Of a stretch of 64,000 bases of DNA, positions 22,539-33,302 are shown piece after piece. Numbering within the stretch: the stretch's first letter is position 1; every line of letters starts with the position of its first letter. The notes below the pieces were generated by a model. It was not told where the DNA came from and did not search any database. It worked only from the letters and a program-made list of their open reading frames with translations. The position numbers and the translations under genes are program-made. Source of the DNA: Dehalococcoidia bacterium (GTDB lineage: Bacteria; Chloroflexota; Dehalococcoidia; Plut-88900); assembly GCA_965197585.1 (NCBI GenBank), contig OZ240215.1:416001-480000 (forward strand), written 5' to 3'.

Positions 22539-22599
22539 GCGCGATCATCGTGATCAACGTCCAAACTTGGATCCGTTGCTTCAACCCTCCATCAGTGGG

Positions 22600-23148
22600 C
22601 CAGTCAAGTAATCTGCCCACGTTTGCATCAGTGCCCTGTGGCGTTCGAACAGGTCTGACCTGGCTAGGCCAGCTCAGTTGAATTGGCTTGGGTGCGGGCA
22701 AGGGCCGCCCCTGAGACAGCCAAGGGCGAATCCGTTTGCTCGAGTGTCCAAATCTTAGAGCTGGTGCGAAAGCCACGAACAGTCGCGCGCGCCGCGATCC
22801 CCGCAGAGTCGATGACCCTTGTCAGCGTAATGTCAGAAAGCTGTGCTCCACGCTTCTGAGGAGATGGGAACACCAAGTTGGTCTCGTCACGCAGGGCAGA
22901 TATCTAACTAAGCAGTTCAACCGCTTGCCTGCACAGGGGCACACGGTGGCCCAAGCCCGCTTTCATCCGCCGGAATTGTATCCGCCATACTCGGCCTTAG
23001 AGATCGATCTCACTCCAGGTTGCGCCACGGGCTACGCCTGAGCGCGCAGACGCGAGAACCAAGAACCGTAGGTACAGTCTTGCGGCTCTGGAAGCCTGGG
23101 ACGCCTCGACCGTCTCAAGAACTGAACCGACCTCTTCATAGGGCATTG
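22600..23148 (-). pseudogene. decayed P4-type integrase (catalytic half only)
   Basis: Reads AMPYEEVGSVLETV...ARSGVARGATWSEIDL*...VRGFR..., collinear with the C-terminal half of 30732-31928; several stops. Confidence 0.85.
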
Positions 23149-23224
23149 CTTTTTCGCATAGTGATAAGGATAGTGATAACTTATAAGCATGGGCATAGCA
23201 TTTATACCTAGAAGTTCGGTCCCT

Positions 23225-23299
23225 TGGTACCCCCGGCGGGACTCGAACCCACGCTTCCAGCTCCGGAGGCTGGCACTCTATCCTCTGAGCTACGGGGGC
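23225..23299 (-). tRNA. tRNA-Arg(CCG)
   Basis: GCCCCCGTAGCTCAGAGGATAGAG...CCAGC-CTCCGGA-GCTGG...GGTTCGAGTCC...GGGGGTACCA cloverleaf. Confidence 0.96.
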
Positions 23300-23427
23300 G
23301 TGCCTAAAGGATAGTCCTGCTCACAGGTGGGCGCAAGGATGATACAGGCATAGATGTCCTGTTACTGGACGGTCTAACAACCCTTCGCCTCGGGAGCCGT
23401 AGCCTTCGGAGAACCCACTCCTGATGC

Positions 23428-24834
23428 TCACTCCTCTTTTTCAATCTCTTCAGCCTGTTGCTCCGACGGAGTGGCGAGAGCATGAGGCAGAATTCGTCCT
23501 TCCAGGCTCGCTCGAATCCCGGCCTTGTCGCCCGAGAAGAGCGGTTGAAGCGCGAGGGGCGCCAGCAGGGTGGTCACTATGGTCATGAATACTGTGACCC
23601 CGAAAAGCTCGCCCCCGATTACCCCCTTGCTCAGGCCGATGCCGGCAATGATTAACGCAACTTCGCCCCTGGGAAGCATCCCAAACCCTATCCTGGAGGC
23701 GCCTAGCTTGTTGAATCCCAGACCCAGGGCGGGAAGTCCGGAGCCAAATACTTTGGAGACGATGGCCAAGGCTGAGAGAACCAAGCCGAACACAAGCACT
23801 CCTCCGAATAGGGTCACGTCCACCTGCATCCCCTGCACTACGAAAAAGATGGGGACCAGGGCATCGTGCAAGACCACGAAAGGAGGGTCCAATCGGCGTT
23901 CCCCGCTTTCGGCCCCTTCCGGAGAATGTACGAGCACCTCAGCAAGCTTGGTGCCTGAAAGCGCGAGACCGGTGGCGTACGCCCCGATGATAAAGGCTAG
24001 GCCAAAGCTCTCTGCTAGCCCGGAAGATAGCAGCGCGAGACCTAGCGAAATCACGATCGCCGCTCCCGTTACCTTTAGCGACAGGATGAACTTCGATAAA
24101 TACTTGGAGACCAGCAACCCTCCCCCGAACCAGACGACCAGAAAACCCGCTGCCTTCCCTCCTACGATCAGTATGTCAGTGATAGAAACTGCGCCAGTAT
24201 CGGCAACGCCCACGGCCAAGGTTAGGATAAGGATGCCGAGGATGTCGTCGATAACGGCGGCCGCCAAGATGGTGACCCCCTCCGGCGTAGCGAGCTTCTT
24301 CCTTTCGCTCAAGACTCGGGCGGTGATGCCTACAGAGGTCGCGGTCATGGCGGCGCCCATAAAGAGGGCCTCAGCGCTGCCTATGCCGTCTGCATAGCCG
24401 AACATGATGGTCGCGACAACACCCAAGATGAAGGGAACGATGACGCCGCCGAGGGCGATGACCGAGCCCGGTTTGGCGTAGCGCATGAACTGCCCAAGGT
24501 TCGTTTCCAGCCCAACGAAAAAGAGAAGGACAATAACCGCGATCTCAGATATGGAGAACAGCTCTAGGCTTATGGCCTCGGTCGGAATGTCAGGCTTGGG
24601 AAAAAGGGTTCCAAGACCCGAGCCGGGAATAATCTTGCCCAGGTTGATGTAGTTGCCCAAGGCGTATGGGCCTATGGCCACACCTATCAGCAATTCCCCG
24701 ATGACGGCTGGGAGCTTCAGAAAACGTGTGAATACCTCGCCTCCAAGCTTGGCCATAATCAGGATTACGCCGAGTTGGAAGACCAGGTGAGTTACGGCCT
24801 CAAAGACGTTGGACTCACCACCGGCAAACAGCAA
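23428..24834 (-). CDS. cation:proton antiporter (CPA2/NapA-like)
   Basis: Polytopic; LPAVIGELLIG, LLFFVGLE, ATSVGIT, AAVIDDILG and GMLPRGE motifs. Confidence 0.92.
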   Translation of the reverse strand: MLFAGGESNVFEAVTHLVFQLGVILIMAKLGGEVFTRFLKLPAVIGELLIGVAIGPYALGNYINLGKIIPGSGLGTLFPKPDIPTEAISLELFSISEIAVIVLLFFVGLETNLGQFMRYAKPGSVIALGGVIVPFILGVVATIMFGYADGIGSAEALFMGAAMTATSVGITARVLSERKKLATPEGVTILAAAVIDDILGILILTLAVGVADTGAVSITDILIVGGKAAGFLVVWFGGGLLVSKYLSKFILSLKVTGAAIVISLGLALLSSGLAESFGLAFIIGAYATGLALSGTKLAEVLVHSPEGAESGERRLDPPFVVLHDALVPIFFVVQGMQVDVTLFGGVLVFGLVLSALAIVSKVFGSGLPALGLGFNKLGASRIGFGMLPRGEVALIIAGIGLSKGVIGGELFGVTVFMTIVTTLLAPLALQPLFSGDKAGIRASLEGRILPHALATPSEQQAEEIEKEE

Positions 24835-25009
24835 GTTATATCCTCAGTGTTCGGGAACTTGGCTGATGTGGCTTGCCGTCTGCGGAGGGTCTCAGGGGTA
24901 TGAATAGGCGGGAAAACAAGGATATTTCAACAAGGTGAGATAGCGATGGCAGTTATCGGCACGGAGTATACCACGCAGTAGGCTACGCTAACGGGTAGGC
25001 CTCCTTAAC

Positions 25010-25038
25010 TTGACAGTCATATATGAGCTATTTATCAT
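25010..25038 (+). promoter_or_regulatory. sigma70 promoter upstream of glmU
   Basis: TTGACA-17 bp-TATCAT. Confidence 0.65.
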
Positions 25039-25122
25039 TTGCTCAGAGATTGAGATGATTGAGCTCGACGACCCTCCACATAGTAGGTCGACAGCCCGAA
25101 TAACCACATACTTGGACTAGCA

Positions 25123-25175
25123 GTCCTTTCTCCTCCCTCGCGCGTTCGGCGTGGAAGAGAGAGGGCTTATTTTAT
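25123..25175 (+). terminator. terminator-like hairpin in the glmU leader
   Basis: GTCCTTTCTC pairs with GAGAGAGGGC, inner stem CGCGC/GCGTG, followed by TTATTTTAT. Confidence 0.5.
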
Positions 25176-25181
25176 ACAAAA

Positions 25182-26534
25182 ATGGCAACATGGGCAGGGG
25201 TAATTTTAGCAGCGGGTAAAGGCTCCCGGATGAAGAGCCGCACCCCCAAACCTCTGCACCGGATAGCGGGCAGGGAGATGCTCTCTTGGGTCCGGCATGC
25301 AGTGTCGGAGACGCCGGTTGGTTTGACAGTAACCGTAGTCGGGCCGGAATTCCCGGTTAACTGTGGGGAGTCTTCTAACGGTGCAAAAGATGTCGTACAA
25401 CGGGAGAGACTGGGCACGGGTCATGCATTGCTCCAAACCGAGGCCCTGCTGGAGGGTCGCGCCGACCATGTGCTGGTGTTAAACGGCGATATGCCGCTCA
25501 TCAGCAGCGATACCCTAAACCTCATGATGGACCGGCACCTGGACGCCGAGGCAGTGCTCACCCTTCTAACTTGCGAAGTCGAAAACCCCGGACAGATGGG
25601 CAGGATGGTACGGGGGGGCCAGGGCGAAATTACTGAGATAGTCGAATGGAAAGAAGCGGGGCCCGAAGCCTTGGCCTCGAACGAGGTCTGCTGCGGGGCC
25701 TATTGCTTCCGCTCCGACTGGCTCTGGCCTGCGCTCCGAGCCCTCCCGCCTGCACCTAACGGGGAGTATTACATAACCACCCTGGTTGATAGCGCTTTCC
25801 GCAACGGCTTTCCCGTGGAAAGTGTTGCACCGATTAATTTTTATGAGGCATTGGGCGTCAATGATCGCGCAGACTTAGCGCGAGTCACTGCTGTCGTCTT
25901 TGAGAGAACCCGGCAGCATCTCATGGCGGATGGAGTCACCCTCATCGATCCGGCAAGCACATTCGTAGATGCCACGGTGCAGGTGGGCAAGGACACCCTT
26001 CTGCAGCCTGGGGTAATTGTCCAGGGCCAAACCTGCATAGGCGAAGGCTGCGACATAGGACCCAACGCAATAATAAAAGACTCAATCATCGGAGACGAAT
26101 GCCGTATTCAAGGATCAGTAATTGAAGAGAGTTCTCTAGCGCATAGGGTGCAGGTAGGCCCGTATTGCCATCTGCGTCCCGGGACCCGACTGGACGAGGA
26201 CGTGCACATCGGGAACTACGTGGAGGTGAAGGAGACGGTCATGGGACGGGGAACGAAGGTAGGGCACTTCAGCTACCTGGGTGACGCCGAAATCGGGGCT
26301 GGTGTGAACATCGGAGCAGGTACCGTTACTTGTAACTACGATGGTTCGGAAAAGCATCGGACTGTAATCGGAGACGGGGCTTTCATAGGGTCGGACTCTA
26401 TGTTGGTGGCCCCGGTACATGTCGGGGCCCGAGCCGTCACAGGCGCTGGGTCCGTGGTGACTAAGGACTTGCCGGAGGGAGCGTTGGCGTTCGGTGTTCC
26501 GGCGCGAGAAAAGCCGAGGACGGAAGGCTGCTAG
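25182..26534 (+). CDS. glmU: bifunctional UDP-GlcNAc pyrophosphorylase / glucosamine-1-P acetyltransferase
   Basis: ILAAGKGSRMKS, LGTGHA, GEYYIT, GVNDR, hexapeptide repeats, HFSYLGDA, CNYDG. Confidence 0.97.
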   Translation: MATWAGVILAAGKGSRMKSRTPKPLHRIAGREMLSWVRHAVSETPVGLTVTVVGPEFPVNCGESSNGAKDVVQRERLGTGHALLQTEALLEGRADHVLVLNGDMPLISSDTLNLMMDRHLDAEAVLTLLTCEVENPGQMGRMVRGGQGEITEIVEWKEAGPEALASNEVCCGAYCFRSDWLWPALRALPPAPNGEYYITTLVDSAFRNGFPVESVAPINFYEALGVNDRADLARVTAVVFERTRQHLMADGVTLIDPASTFVDATVQVGKDTLLQPGVIVQGQTCIGEGCDIGPNAIIKDSIIGDECRIQGSVIEESSLAHRVQVGPYCHLRPGTRLDEDVHIGNYVEVKETVMGRGTKVGHFSYLGDAEIGAGVNIGAGTVTCNYDGSEKHRTVIGDGAFIGSDSMLVAPVHVGARAVTGAGSVVTKDLPEGALAFGVPAREKPRTEGC

Positions 26535-26549
26535 GCTGAACGGAGCTAG

Positions 26550-27476
26550 ATGATAGAAGAGATGCAGCAAGAGGCGGGGCAGGCACAAAGGAAGGTGGGC
26601 AACGGCCGATCTAGGCCGGGCAACGGGTCTAAGGGCGGGTTCTGGGGCTGGCTACTGTCCCTGTTTGGACGGTCTCGAAGATCGAGAGAGGATGCTGCTC
26701 CGACCTTCGTAGATGAGGAGGGCCAAGCCCAGAGCCTGGAGGAAGATGAGACCCAGATGGTCCGGTCAATCCTGGAGCTGGACAAGACCCTCGCCAGGGA
26801 GATTATGGTCCCCCGCATTGACATCGTTGCGCTTGATGCAACGTCCTCCATTACCGAGTTGGTACGAACGGTGATAGACGCGGGTGTGAGCCGTATCCCG
26901 ATATATGAAAACACCATCGACAACGTAGTCGGGGTTGTGTATGCCAAGGATGTGCTGCGCTACTGGGGGCAGGCTGGGGACGGACTGAGCCTTACACAGA
27001 TAGCCCGGTCTCCCCACTTCATCCCTGAGACGAAACGGGTGGACGAACTCCTACAGGAGTTCAGGAAGAAGCGTGTCCACATGGCCATTGTGGTTGACGA
27101 ATACGGGGGAGTAGCGGGACTGGTGAGCCTGGAAGACCTGATGGAAGAGATAGTCGGGGAAATAGAAGACGAATTCGATATCGGCGAGCCGCAGATCGAG
27201 ACCATAAGTCCCGGGGAAGTTATAATGGATGCCGCGGTCAGCATCGATGATCTGAACGAAGCCCTGTCGTTGGATATCCAAGGCGAGGACTTCGACACGG
27301 TGGGGGGATTCATCTTCGACCGCTTGGGCAAGATTCCAGTCCCTGGAGACGAGATACGTGAGGATGGGTTCCTGGTCTCTGTGCTTACCACTACTGGAAG
27401 ACGAATACGCAAGGTAAAGATAACCAAGGCTTCTGACCCCAATAACGGGGCTGAACTCGCGTCCTCGTCTTCCTGA
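26550..27476 (+). CDS. CBS-pair/CorC_HlyC family protein
   Basis: AREIMVPR, SRIPIY, HMAIVVDEYGG, EDLMEEIVGEIEDE, DTVGG. Confidence 0.92.
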   Translation: MIEEMQQEAGQAQRKVGNGRSRPGNGSKGGFWGWLLSLFGRSRRSREDAAPTFVDEEGQAQSLEEDETQMVRSILELDKTLAREIMVPRIDIVALDATSSITELVRTVIDAGVSRIPIYENTIDNVVGVVYAKDVLRYWGQAGDGLSLTQIARSPHFIPETKRVDELLQEFRKKRVHMAIVVDEYGGVAGLVSLEDLMEEIVGEIEDEFDIGEPQIETISPGEVIMDAAVSIDDLNEALSLDIQGEDFDTVGGFIFDRLGKIPVPGDEIREDGFLVSVLTTTGRRIRKVKITKASDPNNGAELASSSS

Positions 27477-27544
27477 AGCTCGGACGAGAGTAGAATTGCC
27501 CGCTTCGCTCAAAGGCGGGCCGACACTTTGGAGGAGGCAAAGCA

Positions 27545-28675
27545 GTGGGTGACTACAGAATTATTTCATCAGACAACCACATCGTGGAACCCCCCGACCT
27601 TTGGACGGAAAGGCTTCCAGCCGACTTGAAGGAGCGGGGACCTCAAGTGTCGCATACTCCGGACGGGCCATTTTGGATCATAGACGGCATGACCCACTTC
27701 AACATCTTTGCCATGGGCGCCCAGCCGGGGGTCAGGTTGGAAGACGGCGGTGATCTAAAGCAGGTGGAAGAGTGGGAGGATGTGAGACCGGGTGCGTACA
27801 TCGGGGAGGAAGCGGTCAAGGACATGGATATAGACGGGTTGGACGTGGGTCTGGTCTACCCGAGCCTCACCATCTTTCTCTACCCCTTCGTGGAGGACAG
27901 CAATCTGCTGACGGCCATAGATAGGTCATACAACGACTTTGCAGCGGAGTTTTGTCAGGCTAACCCGCGCCGATTGAAGGGTGTAGCGGTCATCAACATA
28001 GATGACGTGGAAGACGGTGTGGAGGAGATCAAGCGGTGTGTCAAGAAGGGATTCGTCGGAGCTACAATCCCCGAATACATGGCCGCAAAAAGCTATCGAT
28101 CCCGCGACTACGACCCACTCTGGGAGTGTGCCCAGGACTTGGGTATTCCCCTCACCTTCCACATCTCGACTGCCAGGGTTCAGGCGGGCCGAGGCTGGGA
28201 CCGTGACCTGCTCGACCCCTTCGACTTTGCCAACTTCCTCCTTCATAACGCCGACTTCTGGGTTCGAGTCTCCTTAACCGAGGTAATCCTAGGCGGCGTA
28301 TTCGAACGGTTCCCGAAACTGAATATAGGCGTAGCCGAACACGAGCTAAGCTGGATACCGTATTGGCTGGAACGTATGGACTTCAGCTACAACGATAGGC
28401 CTGCCGGCCGCGACGGATACCGCATTCCCGGCGACCTCCTGCCCAGCGACGTTTTCCACACCAACTGCTTCGCAGACTTCCAGGAGGATGCGCTCGGCAT
28501 CCAGAACCGGGACATCATAGGTGTGGACAACATCCTCTGGGGCTCTGACTACCCTCATTCTGAGGGAACGTGGCCCAAGTCCCGAGATTTCATCGAAACT
28601 ACTTTGGCTGATTGCACTGAAGAGGAGAGGGCCAAGCTGGTCGGTGGGAATACGGCCAGGATATACGGGATATAA
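27545..28675 (+). CDS. amidohydrolase-2 family protein
   Basis: ISSDNHIVEPPDLW, GGVFERFPKL, WGSDYPHSEGTWP. Confidence 0.92.
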   Translation: MGDYRIISSDNHIVEPPDLWTERLPADLKERGPQVSHTPDGPFWIIDGMTHFNIFAMGAQPGVRLEDGGDLKQVEEWEDVRPGAYIGEEAVKDMDIDGLDVGLVYPSLTIFLYPFVEDSNLLTAIDRSYNDFAAEFCQANPRRLKGVAVINIDDVEDGVEEIKRCVKKGFVGATIPEYMAAKSYRSRDYDPLWECAQDLGIPLTFHISTARVQAGRGWDRDLLDPFDFANFLLHNADFWVRVSLTEVILGGVFERFPKLNIGVAEHELSWIPYWLERMDFSYNDRPAGRDGYRIPGDLLPSDVFHTNCFADFQEDALGIQNRDIIGVDNILWGSDYPHSEGTWPKSRDFIETTLADCTEEERAKLVGGNTARIYGI

Positions 28676-28717
28676 GCGGAATCCCAGGCTAGAGGGAATA
28701 GGGGTGTTGGAGGGCGG

Positions 28718-30367
28718 ATGACAAACCATAGGGGAAATGGCACAGGTGAGTGGGATGCCATCGTAGTTGGTGGTGGACACAACGGATTGGTCTGCGCCGC
28801 CTATATGGGCAAGGCGGGCCTCCGAGTCCTGGTGCTCGAGTCCCGTGAGGTCTTCGGTGGTCCCAGCGGCAGCTTCGAGTTCATGCCCGGCTACACCGCC
28901 AGCTTTTCCAACTCTCCCGGCTCCCTGGAGACCCGGGTGGTTGAGGAATTGGACCTGCCCGGCGCCGGACTTCGATTCCTACGCTCCGACCCTACCGTGA
29001 TCCAGTTCTTCCCCGAACAACCTTTCGTAGTATGGCGTGACATGGCACGGGTCTGCGCTCAGTTGGACGCCCTGTGCCCCGGTGAAGGGAACCGCTATCG
29101 GGGGTTTGTCGCCAAGCTGGAGGACTTCGCCACCCGGCTCAGGACGTCGATATTCAAGCCAGCGCCCGGCCTGGCTTATATGGCCGCTGGCCTCACCACC
29201 GAAGAAGACCGGGACACGTTCGAGCAGGTCTTTCACGGCAGCCTGAGCGAGATTCTCTATAGACACCTGAGGACCAACGAGGCCCGGACCCTGCTCGGTC
29301 TGCTCGCCTCCAACTCCGGAATGGTTCCGCAGTCTGCGCCCGGTACTGCGACGGGCCTGATTCTTCGTCCTTTGGCCTTGGCGTCTGCAGCCTCCCTTCC
29401 CAGCGACGACTTCCGACGGATGCCCTTGAGGGGATCTACGGGTCACCCAATTGGGGGCATGGGCGCGATCATTGACTCGATAACGGCCCGGTGTCGGGGC
29501 TTCGGGGGCACACTCAAGCTGAAGACACGGGTGGCGAGGATACTTCACAGCGGAGGCCAAGCCCGTGGAGTCGAGTGCGAAGATGGCGCGATCTACAAGG
29601 CGCCTATCGTCGTATCAGCAATTAACCCGAAGACTCTGTTCGGCAAGCTTCTTGACGACGAGGCGGTCGGGTGGACGATGCGTGAAGAAGTGCAACGGGT
29701 CCCGATGCGCGGGGCGGCCTTTAAAATGGCCTTGGCCCTGGACGGAATTCCCACCTATGCCAACCTCCCCGATGACCTCACACAGGAGCAGGCTTCCACC
29801 TGCCAGGTCAGAGTGGCCGCTTCGATGGAACACATAGAGGAGTCGACGGTCGGGGCCATAGCAGGCTACCCCTCGGAAACACCGATAATCTGGGGTCTGA
29901 TTCCCTCCGTAGTTTCGCCGGAACTTACGCCTCCGGGCAAACACATTATGAGTTGGAACATCTGGCATGCGCCCTACGACTTGGCGGAAGGGAGTTGGGA
30001 CGAGGAGAAGGACAAGTTTGCCAAGCGGTGTATAGAAACCGTGTCCAGGTACATGCCCGACCTACCCGACCACATCATCGACTACCGTAGCTTTAGCCCA
30101 GTGGACTGCGAGGCTGAGCTTGGCATCATAGGCTCCAACATCACCCACGGGGAGATGCTGCCTCACAACCTGTTCGGCCCGAGACCACATCGGCTAGCCA
30201 ATGACTATCGGACACCACTGAGAGGGCTATATCTCACGGGTGGTGGAGTCTGGCCGGGAGGATTCGTGACTGGAGTGCCGGGCCGTAACACCAGCCAGGC
30301 AGTCCTGGCCGATCTTCAAGTTTACCGGGAATCGGCAGCGCCTGTTATGGAAGCCGTGTACAGCTAG
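28718..30367 (+). CDS. phytoene-dehydrogenase-like FAD oxidoreductase
   Basis: DAIVVGGGHNGLVCAAY, HPIGGMG, YRTPLRGLYL...PGGFVTGVPGRN. Confidence 0.9.
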   Translation: MTNHRGNGTGEWDAIVVGGGHNGLVCAAYMGKAGLRVLVLESREVFGGPSGSFEFMPGYTASFSNSPGSLETRVVEELDLPGAGLRFLRSDPTVIQFFPEQPFVVWRDMARVCAQLDALCPGEGNRYRGFVAKLEDFATRLRTSIFKPAPGLAYMAAGLTTEEDRDTFEQVFHGSLSEILYRHLRTNEARTLLGLLASNSGMVPQSAPGTATGLILRPLALASAASLPSDDFRRMPLRGSTGHPIGGMGAIIDSITARCRGFGGTLKLKTRVARILHSGGQARGVECEDGAIYKAPIVVSAINPKTLFGKLLDDEAVGWTMREEVQRVPMRGAAFKMALALDGIPTYANLPDDLTQEQASTCQVRVAASMEHIEESTVGAIAGYPSETPIIWGLIPSVVSPELTPPGKHIMSWNIWHAPYDLAEGSWDEEKDKFAKRCIETVSRYMPDLPDHIIDYRSFSPVDCEAELGIIGSNITHGEMLPHNLFGPRPHRLANDYRTPLRGLYLTGGGVWPGGFVTGVPGRNTSQAVLADLQVYRESAAPVMEAVYS

Positions 30368-30481
30368 GGCACCCGTTTCGTACACGCGAACGTAGGCCCG
30401 AATCCGTAATCTCGTCCTCGGTTGACGGGCTTCTTTACAATAGTCGGCATTGCGGTAAACTTGCGGCGCGCTTTCCTTAAT

Positions 30482-30572
<91 letters not shown>

Positions 30573-30731
30573 CTAACTTCTTTTTCATTGGCCGCCGTTT
30601 TCCCGTTTTATGCTTGCTTCGTAGCTAACTAACACTTCTCAAGTGCTCGTTTAGGCCGTCTATTTCCTTTGGTATCTCTCATTAAGTGTGGTAACACCTG
30701 TGGGAACATTCTGAGATGAATTGGGACTTCG

Positions 30732-31928
30732 ATGACTCTTTCAGCAACAAAAGTGAAAGCCCTCAGGGAACCGGGGCGTTATTCCGATGGCGGTGGTCTC
30801 CACCTCTTCATCAGCAAAGCGGGACGAAAGTCTTGGGTGCTGCGTATCACGGTTGATGGGCGCCGGCGCGATATCGGGCTGGGCGGATACCCGACCGTAA
30901 GCCTGGCCCGAGCTCGCGAGAAGGCGGCTGACTACCGGGCCACCATTGCTGATGGGCGGGATCCCGTGGCCGAAAAGCGCGCCCCTGCGATGCCAACCTT
31001 GAAGGAAGCCGCCTATGCCGTCCACGAGGCTAACAAACCCCGCTGGCGCAATCCCAGGCACATGGCGGGCTGGATTCAGACCTTGGAACGTCATGCGATG
31101 CCGGTCCTGGGGAACACTCCCTTGGACCGTATAGATCGCGGAGACGTACTGCGTGTGCTGACCCCCATTTGGACGAGCCGGCCGGAGACGGCCCGCCGAG
31201 TGCGGCAGAGGATGAGGACCATCTTCCGGTGGGCAATGGCTCACGGTTTCATGGAGTCCAACCCGGCGGGTGAAGCCATCGATGGCGCCCTTCCTCCCAT
31301 GCCGAAGGTGAAGGCTCATTTCAGGGCCCTGCCCTATCAGGAAGTCAGCTCGGCCCTTGAGACTGTTGCAGCCTCCCAGGCCTCGATGTCCGCCAAGCTG
31401 TGCTTCCGGTTCCTAGTCCTCACCGCGTCCCGCTCCGGTGAGGCCAGGGGCGCAACCTGGGACGAGATCGACCTCAAAGACCGGGTGTGGAGGATTCCCT
31501 CTGAGCGGATGAAGGCGGGCGTGGAACACCGGGTGCCTCTTAGTGACCAAGCCCTCGAAGTTCTTGGCGAAGCATCTGTCCTGCGGGAGGATTCAGGACT
31601 GGTGTTCCCTTCACCTCTGAAACAGGGAGCTACCATGTCTGACATGACGCTGACCAAGGTTCTCCGTTCCGTCGGCCTGGCGGAGCAAGCCACTGTCCAC
31701 GGATTCCGCAGCAGCTTCAAGAACTGGGCACTGGAGCAGACGGACACCCCCTGGGTCGTATCCGAGGCTGCCCTTGCCCACAGCCTGGGCAATTCCACAG
31801 AGCAGGCATATGCCAGGTCCGACCTCTTCGAGCGCCGTCGCACTCTCATGCAGCAGTGGGCGGACTATCTGGCCGGCAAATCTTACCGGAGCTGGAACGG
31901 CCACTCCCAGCTCGTACTCCAGTCCTAA
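30732..31928 (+). CDS. P4-family tyrosine integrase
   Basis: PGRYSDGGGL, TASRSGE, RMK, VHGFR, LAH, AYAR. Confidence 0.95.
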   Translation: MTLSATKVKALREPGRYSDGGGLHLFISKAGRKSWVLRITVDGRRRDIGLGGYPTVSLARAREKAADYRATIADGRDPVAEKRAPAMPTLKEAAYAVHEANKPRWRNPRHMAGWIQTLERHAMPVLGNTPLDRIDRGDVLRVLTPIWTSRPETARRVRQRMRTIFRWAMAHGFMESNPAGEAIDGALPPMPKVKAHFRALPYQEVSSALETVAASQASMSAKLCFRFLVLTASRSGEARGATWDEIDLKDRVWRIPSERMKAGVEHRVPLSDQALEVLGEASVLREDSGLVFPSPLKQGATMSDMTLTKVLRSVGLAEQATVHGFRSSFKNWALEQTDTPWVVSEAALAHSLGNSTEQAYARSDLFERRRTLMQQWADYLAGKSYRSWNGHSQLVLQS

Positions 31929-31931
31929 CCG

Positions 31932-32156
31932 CTACAACAAGGCGGCGCTGGTCCTGTCGAACTCTCCCCTAGCCACCGGTCGAGACTCCACCCATGCCCT
32001 GATGTCGCTGGCCCTCCACCTGACGGCTGCGGGGCCGATTCTTACGGGTCTGGGGAATTCACCGTTCTGCATCATCTTGTAGATCGACGAGCGGCTCATG
32101 CCCGTGATCTCCTCGACCTGTCGACGTCTCAATAGTCTGTCTTGCATTGTCATCAC
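31932..32156 (-). CDS. AlpA-family regulator/excisionase
   Basis: LLRRRQVEEITGMSRSSIY...FPRPVRIGPAAVRW. Confidence 0.9.
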   Translation of the reverse strand: MMTMQDRLLRRRQVEEITGMSRSSIYKMMQNGEFPRPVRIGPAAVRWRASDIRAWVESRPVARGEFDRTSAALL

Positions 32157-32342
32157 CTATTCATGTAGTTCAATTGGTGGTAGCGAAGTGTCGGTTTTCC
32201 AGAAGGTCGTCGTGCAGCCTGGTCTTGTCGTTCGGTGTCCATCCAAAGGCCGAGTGCTCCTTGGCCCCGGGTAGCAAGCAGTCCTCTGGTACGGGGTGGT
32301 GAATCGGTAGAAACATCCGGGCTCCTTTGATTGATTTCACGG

Positions 32343-33302
32343 CTAGATAACCTGGTGAGCATGGGAGATGTGCTCGAAGGAGACACGGCTGAGCTGCGGA
32401 GCCAGAACCTTGCGGTCCCTGTAAGGCACGGCTACGAGGGCGATCTTGGCCAAGCGGCCATGCCATTTCACCAGCCTGGCGGCCACGGTGATGTCGTCAG
32501 CGTTCCATAGGTCGTAGCCGGTTACCCGCTCCACGTATACGGGTTCGCCCGTGAGAATGACCCGTTCTGCCACCGAGTACTGGGCAGGGGGATAGCCACG
32601 ACGGGGCAGCATTCCTCGGAGGATCGACAGGGGTCTCTTAACGGTTCTCAACCTGAACCCGGGCGTCCTCGCCACCACGGTGGCCGTGAACTCCTCCGGC
32701 GAAGGGCGTTCAGCCCATTTATGCGGGTCACGGTGGCCTTGGCGCTCGTACAGAACCGCCAGCAGGGGCTGATGACGCATCACCTCGGCCAGCCTGATGG
32801 TCAGGGAGGAGTAGGCCCGTCCATAGGTGCGCTGCAGGGCCATTACGTCCAGGCCCGTGGTCTCGGCAAATAGTGCAAAGAACCCGGGCTGCATCAAAGT
32901 CGCGGCGGCGAACCGGTCAGCCTGACGGCACAGAGGCTGACCCTGGGGACGATGAACTTCGGGATGGAGGTCGTTTAGACGCTCCCGGATGATCTCGTAA
33001 GTCTCGTGGAACACGGTGTGTTCCTGCGTCCCTTCCGTCTCGGAGGCGTCGTACCGGATGACGTAGGTCCCATTGTTGGTGCCCAGGTGCATGCCCCTGA
33101 GTCCTTTCTCGAGGTCAGCATCCGGCACAGTCTCGATACCAGCTTCCTTCAGCACCCGGACCATTTCTCCCATGCGGGGAAAGGGTGAGAACCCGAAGTG
33201 GCCCACGAACCTCCGGGCCACCTCTCCCGGCAACAGTTTCTCCGGGGGAGTCAGGCCAGCTTTGAGGGTATTGCAGAAGTCGTCAAGCATGATGCTGTTC
33301 AT
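32343..33302 (-). CDS. ImmA/IrrE-family metallopeptidase-like protein
   Basis: HTVFHETYE and QADRFAAATLM motifs, HTH-like middle, extended C-terminal domain; overlaps the XRE gene stop. Confidence 0.7.
   Translation of the reverse strand: MNSIMLDDFCNTLKAGLTPPEKLLPGEVARRFVGHFGFSPFPRMGEMVRVLKEAGIETVPDADLEKGLRGMHLGTNNGTYVIRYDASETEGTQEHTVFHETYEIIRERLNDLHPEVHRPQGQPLCRQADRFAAATLMQPGFFALFAETTGLDVMALQRTYGRAYSSLTIRLAEVMRHQPLLAVLYERQGHRDPHKWAERPSPEEFTATVVARTPGFRLRTVKRPLSILRGMLPRRGYPPAQYSVAERVILTGEPVYVERVTGYDLWNADDITVAARLVKWHGRLAKIALVAVPYRDRKVLAPQLSRVSFEHISHAHQVI

Larger units (their letters stand above)
10521..23241. mobile_element. genomic island integrated at the tRNA-Arg(CCG) 3' end
   Basis: Direct repeat TGGTACCCTCGGCGAGA (10521-10537) vs TGGTACCCCCGGCGGGA (23225-23241, tRNA 3' end), 15/17 identical. 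Integrase genes lie just inside both ends. Confidence 0.75.

Noticed and set aside
25046-25175. glmS ribozyme or T-box in the glmU leader
   Set aside because: The conserved core sequences of both are absent.
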